Shown: positions 54,372 to 64,000 of the stretch, piece after piece
How the letters are laid out: every line of letters starts with the position of its first letter
Position numbering within the stretch: position 1 is the first letter of the stretch
Assembly: GCA_964016885.1 (NCBI GenBank)
Contig: OZ024742.1
Coordinates: forward strand, 345,030,001 to 345,094,000
DNA: 64,000 nt
Reading direction: 5' to 3'
Source of the DNA: Eledone cirrhosa
Lineage: Eukaryota
The notes under the pieces: generated by a model
What the model saw: only the letters and a program-made list of their open reading frames with translations
Told to the model about the DNA's origin: nothing
Databases searched by the model: none
Translations under genes and position numbers: made by a program

Positions 54372-57300
54372 TTTTCTCCCCACTTTTTAAAGCTTTAAGC
54401 TTGATAAAAACTGGTGACTATTGTAGATTCGTCCATTTTCTAGTCAGTATGTGTGAGGACCAATGTAGTCGACTATTTTGAGTGGTGGTGATAAATTTCG
54501 GTCTTCCTTTTACTGTACTACTCTCTCTTACACGCACATTTTGACCGACTTTCAGAGATTTTGTCTTTTTGCTATAAGATGTTTGGTATCTAGACAATTT
54601 TGCTTTAGCCTCAATATACGACGACTGGGCACATGTGGTGGCGTCTAAGGCGGCAGCGCTTAATTTAGTGCGCAAGGGTCGACCTAAGAACAGTTCTGCC
54701 GGTGTCACGTCGGTCGCACTGTGGGGCGTTGATCGTAGTGTCTGCGGCGCCTTCGATACTGCGTCATCCCATGCCAGACCGTGAAGTTGTAGTGTTTGAA
54801 TAGTTTCATTAAGTATTTTATTGCATCTTTCTACCAACCTGTTTGCTTGAGGATTATAAGGGACATATTTGCAGTGCTTAATCCCATTTTCCTTGAAGGT
54901 TTCGAACAATCCACTGCGGAATTGGGGACCATTGTCCGACACGAGATCTTCCGGCAGGCCAAAACGCGCGAACACAGAAGATAACCAAGTGATTATAGGG
55001 ACAGCTTGTCCACATGCACAGACTTCGCAGCACCGACTGTAGTAATAGATACGTACGACAAGGTAAGCTTTGTTTTTCGGTGCTGTTGCGAAGGGGCCCA
55101 TAATGTCAATTGACACTTTGGTCCATGGTTTTAAAGGTTACCAAACGGGTTGAATTGCGGCGGATAATGGCTTTGACGATTTGTTAGACTGGATGCATGC
55201 CTGGCATGAACGGACAAACGATTCAATCTGTGAATTACAATTAGGCCACCAGTACCATTGACGCAGCCGTTGTTTCGTTCGCACAATACCGGATGACCTG
55301 AATGTGCAAGAACCATAACTCGTCTTTATAAACTGGTAGGAACGACCAAGATGCTTCCGCGAAACATGCACTCCCGTACTATGGACAGCTCAGAGCGGAC
55401 TTGGAAATATGACCGAAGAGTGTTGTCAACGCATCGACATGGAGGCCATCCTTCCGTAATAAACTGTTTTACGCTTTTCAGAACGGTATCGTTTGCCAAC
55501 TCTAGAGCAAATTCAGATAGCGGGTGGGCATGTTCCTCTTGAGGACCAAGGCTGGCTATAATTTCGTTATCTTTGTTCAGTTCTATGGCTGGTAAGTGCG
55601 GGGACCGAGACAACGCAACAGTGACTTGATTGTTCGTTGATTGAAGCGTTGCCATGCAGCCGGTGCAGAACTGAGACCCATGGGAAGAACTTTGTACTGA
55701 AATAGGCCTTTTGGAGTAAGGACAGCGGTAAGCTGCCTCGATTTCTCACACAATTCCATATGGAAATAGGCGTTAGAAAGGTCCATTACTGAGAAGAATG
55801 TCGCACCCGCTAGAGGAGCCGCTAGTTCGTCAAATGAGGGAAACATAAATTTGTCGACAATAATTTTTTCGTTTAAGCGTTTTAAATCACAGCAAATGCG
55901 TATGCGGCCATACTTCTTAAGCACACAAACCATCGGGTGAACCCAGTCACTACTTTCGTTCGGTTCTATAACGTCTGCCTCTAGAAGCTCAACAATAGCT
56001 TGTAGGACAGCCTACAGTTTTGCCAACGTAATATGTCTTGGCTGACGAAATGCTGATGTCGTAACACCGAGCCGCAAGCGTATTAGATGCTAAACAAGAG
56101 GGATTCGATCTATCCTCTTCTCAAAAACCGATGAGAATTCTTTTACCAAGTGGTGGTACGTTCGGCGGCAAAGCTATCTCATCTTTATTCGATGCTGGCT
56201 CTCTCAATTGGGTTTGCATCGCCAACGGTTGAAATCATGTTCTCTAGCTTAGGTGAGATTATAAGTGGGACCATAGCGTTACGACCTAACAACGGTTTAC
56301 ATTGCCTTGGGCCAACATAAATTGCAATCTTATAGGCGGAATTCATTTCTACCTGAATGTTGGCGAAGAAAAATCCGCGAATGCTGACGGAGTCATCAGA
56401 ATGGCTCAACAACTTGTGGGCGGTACGAAGTAAAGGCGATTGACTGAAGTGTGGCTGATAAAATGTTTCGGGGTTATGGTAATTGGAGATGCTGAATCAA
56501 GCACCATGAATAACATGGCATTTTGACCATCAGCCAACAGACTAACGTGCCGACAATCGGCCATAGGAAGCTTAGGATCATGATCATTCTCGGCAGTAAG
56601 CTGACTGATGATTGAATATATTGTAACATCGTTTTCGGTTTCTATTGCTTCTTCAATACGGTGAACTGTTTTGCGACGGCAGCACGTGGCAAAATGACCC
56701 CCATTTCCACAGTTCCGACAAATTGAATTTTTGGCGGGGCATTCGGGAAAGGTCGCCTCATGACCAGGATTCCCACAGAGGAAACATTTGCTGTTGGATT
56801 GCATTGAAATTTTACTTTGTTCTAGAGCAACCTTATCAATATTATGCTGTTCTTGTTTGAAAGCCTTCATTTGAGACTTAATGCTTTCTTTGCAGCGAAC
56901 TATATTACAGGCTTTGTCGAAAGACAAGGTGCGCGAATCCTCGTTTAAAAGCACCTCTCGTGTACTATCGTTTTCAATGGCGGAGATTGCTGCATTAAAA
57001 TAGCGTCTTTAATTTTGGACTTAATTAGACTTTCGTATTCACATTCGGTAACGTTTTTGCGCAGTTTTAAGATAAAACTATCAGTCGACTCACCGTGGTC
57101 CTGCTGAATGCGACTGAATTGATGCCTCTCGAAGAAAACGTTTTGTGTTGTCCTCCACGGGCGACCGAGTTCGTAAATAGCTGCGTCCACATTCTTGAAA
57201 TCGTGGCAGTCGAACACCTGGCGACCGCCTTCACCAAGATAATGGCGCATTAAGGCTTATTAGGAGTCATCTCACAGCGCAACGGAAGAAGGCTGAAGTA

Positions 57301-57452
57301 TTTGAACAATTCCTTCTTCCACGATGTCCATTTCTGCGTGGTCGGTCGTGCGAATTCATTAACCCACAATTAATCCAAGTGGGGTTGATTCATAGTGACT
57401 TTTCAGGAAATGATCCATTATGTGAAGAAAATAGCAGGTAACCTCGCGAACA
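54051..57452 (-). mobile_element. Ty3/Gypsy (Mag-like) LTR retrotransposon, internally deleted
   Basis: Gag with two CCHC knuckles; protease VLDSAS; RT IRICCDLKRLN, FSVMDLSNAYFH, LPMGLSSAP; integrase H..H..WWP..C..C, SDNGPQF, ANRLVER; ccccc on both flanks. Confidence 0.92.
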
Positions 57453-57948
57453 CCCCCCAACACAAGTCAGGACTCGATCTGCAGATCACAACCCGCACAA
57501 AACCTGTTCCAAAATCGTAGACCTCAACCCACACAGAGCCTGTTATAAAATCCCAACCAACACAAAAGAACAAAAATTACAACCCGGACAATCAAGAATC
57601 CGAACCTCAATACGTCCGAAACTTCTATACGAGTCCACACAACAACAGGGAAAATGCCATGAGATATAGTAATACTAGTGTAGGACATCTCGTTTTTTTT
57701 TTCATTTAAAAAAAATCATTTTCTTATGTATATATATATATATATAATTGTTTCTACGTTTGGCACAAGACCAGCAATTACCCAGTGTAATACTGGGACT
57801 TTATTTTATCGACCCCGTAAGGATGAAAACCAAAGTTATACTTGGCGGAATTTGAACTCAGAAGGGCCGTAACTCAATGCGTCAAAGCATGGCGTCCGAC
57901 CCTCTACGAATACTGCCAATCCACCATATATTATATTATATATATATA

Positions 57949-58646
57949 CTAGCAGTAAAGCCCGGCGTTGCTCGGGGTCGCTCAGTAGCTGTGTTAAAGT
58001 TACAATGTTAAGTTTCTTTTTTGGCTTAAAAACTGTAGTGTCTACTGTGCAGACTTGCATGTGGTGCTTTTGATTAATATTCCCTCAACCAACAATATGC
58101 CTTATGGAGTTAAGAAAACATAACGATAACCCGAATGTTATAACAAAAGAGGATGCTGGGAATAAAAACTGCACTGGTTATTTATTAACAAAGATCGAAA
58201 ATGTAAACACTGCAACGCAGAGAAAAACAACGTAAGACGCTCAATGTAAACAGAACAAAGGGAAATAACTCGTCACTTACGCTCAAAAATCGATACATTA
58301 GATTCGATTTCGTCACATAGGGTGGGTCAATTTGAAATATTTTTTTCCGATGTCTTCGCTAGGGCTCAATGTACAAGTATAGCAATTTCGGTGCAATTCC
58401 GTCAGAGATTCTAAGAGGATATGTGTGCCAAAAATCGATAGACAGACAGACAACCACAGCTTTATATATATAGATGACATAATCAAAAACAAGAACTTAT
58501 TTGAAAATTTATTTGACCGATGGTTCCGCCGGACCTTCATCTATAAGTGTAGCAATTTCACCGAAATTTGAACGTACGGTTTAAGAGGAGATGTGTGCCG
58601 AAGGTTTTAGTAGACAGACAGACAACCTCAGTTTTATATATATAGA
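57949..58646 (-). mobile_element. Non-autonomous Helitron
   Basis: Minus-strand 5' A|TCTATATATATAAAACTGAGGTTGTCTGTC; 3' hairpin cccg agcaacgc cggg followed by CTAG|T. Confidence 0.8.
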
Positions 58647-58731
58647 TAATATAATATGCATAATTGCAAACGAATCCAATATTACTATTAATATTCGAAA
58701 AACTCAGATTACATTTATATATATATATATA

Positions 58732-58791
<60 letters not shown>

Positions 58792-59370
58792 TATATAATA
58801 AGGGTTGACGGACCCACCATATTTATCAATGCCAGTACAGGTTGTATCTCAGCGCACTCGATGGGCAATGTAAGATACATTACCAGAGTATACACATAGT
58901 TATTCGCCTCAACACAACTCACGTAAATCGGGTGCCTATAAGGTTCCCGGACTCGAGTTTCTGAAGCCCTAATGCAGCAGTAAGGTGCACTGCACTATCT
59001 GTCTGCATATATTATGCAACAATGCACAATCGGTATATGCTGGTCCATCAGCGGGTATCGCCTAATCAATAACCAATCGATCGACATAATCCAAACACCG
59101 GCCCGCGCCGGTCATGACTGTTCGTGACAACCGACACGGTAAAGCGATTAACTGGCAACCGATAGGACTCTATCTCTCAACTAGCCACTGATTTATACAT
59201 TTTACGTGGGGACGGGAAGCTAAAAAGAATCAATCTATTAGTTCCTGTCAGAAGCCCTCGGCCAACGTATCTCACACACAAATTATCAAGGGGTGAAAAG
59301 ATGGCTATTAGAAATAGCAGTTCACATTCATATAAAATAGAATGTCTCCAAGCCCCATGGCTAGAGGAAA

Positions 59371-59405
<35 letters not shown>

Positions 59406-60439
59406 CAGATTAAAGTTTAAGCAAAGAATCGCTGCTTTCACCCTAAACGTGATCTTCTGAAACTAACAAAGTCAATCTGTAAACATCTTACTCGAGTTCT
59501 CAACCTTCTTAAGGTGTATGCCCCCACGCCCACCTTTCTGGCTGTGCGACCTCGACGGCGACAGCACCATCGGAATTGCCATTCTCGGACGGAGACGGGA
59601 CGTCTTCATCTACTCGACATGTATCAGACTGCTCTCTCCAGAAGGCTAAATTAATCCCACAATTTAAAGAAAAACTATTAATTTATGTGATATAACTTTA
59701 ATGACTTTCCTTACTACACCTACAATACAGACAGAAATGGTAAATTGTTTAATGAGATACTAGTTTTTACCTGTCGTTGGATAGGTTCTCTACATCAGGT
59801 GAAATATTTGTCGAAGACAGGAGTAGAACATCGTCAAGATAGTCATCATTCAGCCTGGTCTTTAAACAATCCTTGGTATATTTCGATGTCTGACTATCCT
59901 ATATATTTAGATATGCGCCATAGAACTGCAGTATTAAACCAAAGATATCTATCTTAATGTGGATATGTGGCTAGTTTGTTGCAAGTCACTTACTTAGTAT
60001 ATCTGATTATCTAATATACATACTTAACAATCGCATAAACATTGATCTTGAAAGTAAGTTTATTTCCCAGATACAGTGAAACGACAGTAATGGTTATGGA
60101 AATTTGACCCGTCAGCCGATATAGTATGCTTTATATCCCCATCGTTTACCATAGAATACACACAAGAACCTAAGCAATCAGCTACAGCAACGTACACACA
60201 TCGTACACTCAACAATACTTATAAATTTACATGATGTCTGTTTGTATCATATGGTTGTTTTTATTTTATAAGCTCAACATTCAGCTGATATCGTTTAAGA
60301 CCAACAAATACTTGTTTGAGTTTGCTTGTTTGTTACGGTCACACAAAAGAATTCGTTCAGTTAAGTGAGTCTTGTGGCTAGACGTCTTCTCTAGTCGGTT
60401 TTCTAATCCAAAATAATTCATAGCACCTTTTAAAGGATC

Positions 60440-60530
60440 GCTTAACCTAACATTGAAACCGGTTGGCAGGCTGGACAAAAATACTTCGCGGGCCACATCT
60501 GGCCCGCGACCCATTCTTGCCGACCCATGC
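60440..60530. mobile_element. hAT-like transposon end
   Basis: Subterminal palindrome cgcgggccacatctggcccgcg followed by ttgccgacccatg. Confidence 0.45.
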
Positions 60531-60890
60531 CCTAACACATTCTCTATATAAGATTTCTCATTCTTTATATCTCTTCCCTTTTTATCTTCCTTTTCATGTC
60601 TTACCTATTTTTAACAATGTAAACAAACTGTAGAAACATACGGAGATATTGCGGTGCCCCAGCATGGCCTCAACCTCTCGACTGGAACACATAGAAAAAT
60701 AATAGAATAAGATATAAACATGTATACAGGGAGGAGAAAGGATGTACCTAAATAGCGGAGATTTGTCGAAGGAAAAGTATTTTGAGAAAGTATATCGAAA
60801 ATATGGAAAAATATTTGTAGGTAGAATTATTACGCAACATGGCTTCATGTGAATTTCCAGGGATTTAGAGATTTTATAGTTGTGCTTCAA

Positions 60891-61017
<127 letters not shown>

Positions 61018-61488
61018 ATATATATATATACATATATATATATACCAGGTTTAATAAAGAAATTACTTCTAGAGGACTAGAACTGTATTTATATGTGAAT
61101 CTGTAAGTGTACTTATATGATGTTCTTGCATGTATTTATTATATAAGATAGCATGGTTCCAAACGCAGGAAATGCTGTTCATTCTCCGAAAGAATTATAA
61201 TCCAGGTATTCACATTCTAAGATGATGTTGTTAACTAAAGGATTATTTTTTTAAATTCAAAGCAGGTGAATATCTGAGAAGGAAAATAAAGAAAATAAAT
61301 ACAAAGTGGAATGTTGATGGATACGATACTACATATACAATGCTACATATACAATGCTATATATATATATATATAGACACATGCACTTACATACACACGA
61401 TAACATTTCGTACTTTATCAAGCGTAAAACTAATAATATATTTCTTCATTCCACTGTGACGTTTGCTTTGTTATTTCTGGTTGCCTTT

Positions 61489-61537
<49 letters not shown>

Positions 61538-61541
<4 letters not shown>

Positions 61542-61862
61542 AAAAAGAGATGAAATCGAAAATGCAACTGAAGTCTTATTTTTTTAAAAAATATATATAT
61601 TTATTTGGTTCCTTTACCGGTTTCGCAGTTCTTCTGCTTTTCAAAAGGTGAGTTGAGATGGAGGGTCTGTGGTTTTTCTCACATCTGAACTCACCTTTTG
61701 AAAAGCAGAAGAACTGCGAAACCGGTAAAGGAACCAAATAAATATATATATTTAAAAAAAAAATAAGACTTCAGTTGCATTTTCGATTTCATCTCTTTTT
61801 CTTTATACTTTCACTCGTGTAGGACACCTCGGTTATTTTTCATTTTGTAAAAAAAACCTCAC

Positions 61863-61870
<8 letters not shown>
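61538..61870 (+). mobile_element. Fold-back footprint with two U3-A8 HHRs
   Basis: ~118 bp near-perfect arms (61538-61654 / 61688-61804) plus tail; (TA)n on both sides. Confidence 0.85.
61694..61731 (+). ncRNA. Type I HHR, U3-A8 core variant
   Basis: cctt TTGAAAA gcag aagaa ctgc GAAA ccgg TA aagg; mirror copy at 61611-61648. Confidence 0.75.
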
Positions 61871-61947
<77 letters not shown>

Positions 61948-62070
61948 TATATATACACACATATATATATATACACAGCGCAGATATGTACAGAGAGAGA
62001 GAGATGCACGTACATCTCTCTCTCTCCTTCCGTGTGTACATATGTGACGAGTATGTGGATATTCCTAACC

Positions 62071-62152
<82 letters not shown>

Positions 62153-62170
62153 GTATATATATATAGATGA

Positions 62171-62219
62171 GATTCTACATGACTAGAACTGTTTCATTTT
62201 TTAGAAATCATCAGGAATC
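62171..62219 (-). ncRNA. HHR of the 16.7 kb family
   Basis: Minus strand: gattc CTGATGA tttctaaaaaat GAAA cagttctagtcatg TA gaatc; two substitutions relative to 16670. Confidence 0.7.
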
Positions 62220-62695
62220 AGTGTGACAATTATTGACACATAGTGCTGGACACATGGTACCATGTGACAACAAGTGCAGAGAGATCACTAGATATAAAGC
62301 AATGCCTGTGCCGTGAAGCTTTTATCGCGAGCAAAGGCACTGCACAAAGCCAGTCCCACTCTCTTAACCAAGATGATATTTACCAAAAAGAAGAACAAGT
62401 CAACATCATTGGATACCATCAGGGTTGCAGGTGTTATATCAGAGTTTTCCTTCTCCTAGAATTCTGCCTTGACAAAAGCTAAGGGGTCATCTCTCCCGGT
62501 GATTTTGGATGGCCATTGAGTCTTAAGAGCTCCTTTGCCCTTTGACAGGTTTTGTTTTTAGTCCTGCAGGATGTCCAAAGTCACCCTCCTCACCAAGAAA
62601 CCTTAGTGGGGTTGCCAGTTTAGTCGCCAACGACCCGAACATGGGACGGGTTGTACTGGGATACACGTTACCAGTAGCACCAACTGGTGACCTGA

Positions 62696-62737
<42 letters not shown>

Positions 62738-62746
62738 CACATACAT

Positions 62747-62822
<76 letters not shown>

Positions 62823-62891
62823 CAATATATATATATATACATACCTACATATACATACATACATACATACATACATACATACATACATACA

Positions 62892-62969
<78 letters not shown>

Positions 62970-62971
<2 letters not shown>

Positions 62972-63617
62972 AAAACAAATAACGAAACGAAATTAAATTT
63001 CGTTTCGTTTGTAACTCACTTTTGTATGACTGACGCTTAAACAATTAAGTTAAAAATGTACATCCACATATGTATACTGAAATACTAGTATGCATATGAA
63101 TACACACACGTGTACATATGTAGATGTACCGAGTTTTTCACTGGACACTTTACTGTGAGTGTTCAGCTATTCTGTATGTAAACACACAGACAAACCGGTT
63201 TTTAGAGTCATACTGGTTTTCGAGGAAACACCTTTCCTCTATTCTCCAGAAAGCCAGACAGGAATATTGGACTAGTTTCGATGTTGTTACATCTCATCAG
63301 CAATATTTACCTATCCTCCGGCCTTTCTAGAGAATCGTAAAAGCACATATCGTTATATGCTTTTTCTATGAAAATTAGTAGTGGGCAGACTAATTTGCAT
63401 AGAGCGTGAGTACGTACCGGTTCAGCGGAGACGATAAAAACAAATAACGAAACGAAATTAAATTTCGTTTCGTTTGTAACTCACTTTTGTATGACTGACG
63501 CTTAAACAATTAGGTTAAAAATGTACATCCACATATGTATACTGAAATACTAGTATGCATACGATTCTCTAGAAAGGCCGGAGGATAGGTAAATATTGCT
63601 GATGAGATGTAACAACA
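62970..63617 (-). mobile_element. Retrozyme-like element: ~465 bp monomer, partial tandem copy and inverted piece
   Basis: 62970-63096 repeated at 63435-63561; 63561-63617 is the inverse of 63283-63338. Confidence 0.82.
63263..63307 (-). ncRNA. Type I hammerhead ribozyme, GUC site
   Basis: Minus strand: aatattg CTGATGA gatgt aaca acatc GAAA ctag TC caatatt; perfect 7-bp stem I and 5-bp stem II. Confidence 0.92.
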
Positions 63618-64000
63618 TTTTAATACTACAACAATTTTAATACTACTACACCAAATGACCAGCCCTGTCCACTGTCCAATTGGTCAAGTAGAGACTAAAA
63701 TTGGCACTCCCAAAAATTCTTATTTAGACAAAATGAACCATTTACTCATGGTATTCTCATTAGAAACCCATTATATACTTGTTTAGCAGTAAATTGATTT
63801 ACCATCTGTCATATACTATCCCCTCTTTTTCTTCCTCTATTACTAATATAAATACTTCAATTTTTCTGATTTTATCCAATTTATCCAAAATCTCTGAAGA
63901 AGTGACAACTGATTATACATTTGCTATCGAATACTTGCTAACATTATATGATTACGCAAGCAGCGATACATAGGTATTCCGTCTGTTACAGAAACATATG

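Larger units (their letters stand above)
52860..57730 (+). mobile_element. Probable PLE 5' region (HHR-bearing pseudo-LTR plus disrupted N-terminal ORF) interrupted by a SINE and a Gypsy element
   Basis: 52884-53080 is homologous to the 61.5 kb HHR family; ORF MPTRSQQND starts at 53100; tail gtgtaggacatc recurs at 57676. Confidence 0.55.

Noticed and set aside
59486-59645. GC-rich island with a NLLKVYAPT peptide (possible LINE APE fragment)
   Set aside because: Too short and degenerate to call.

Overview
AT-rich, repeat-saturated animal DNA with no recognisable host exon. The SINE families and the (TA)n/(CA)n/(GA)n/(TATC)n load suggest an octopus or other cephalopod (inference). Most listed ORFs are microsatellite artefacts. 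The real coding remnants all belong to retroelements: Penelope-like elements (PLE; RT plus GIY-YIG), six Tx1/L1-clade LINE copies whose ends abut (TATC)n tracts (four stacked head-to-tail at 25.4-38.5 kb), a deleted Gypsy LTR element, and RTE and CRE-like fragments. There are also Helitron-type non-autonomous elements and about 15 tRNA-SINE copies. The main signal missed by the ORF track is RNA-level: about 25 intact, variant or partial type I hammerhead ribozyme (HHR) motifs from about 10 families, mostly in short fold-back insertions within (TA)n. They include a tandem, non-coding retrozyme-like family with a conserved octamer motif upstream of the ribozyme, and several U3-A8 compensatory core variants. 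All folds and alignments were done by eye, and boundaries are approximate unless a motif is quoted.
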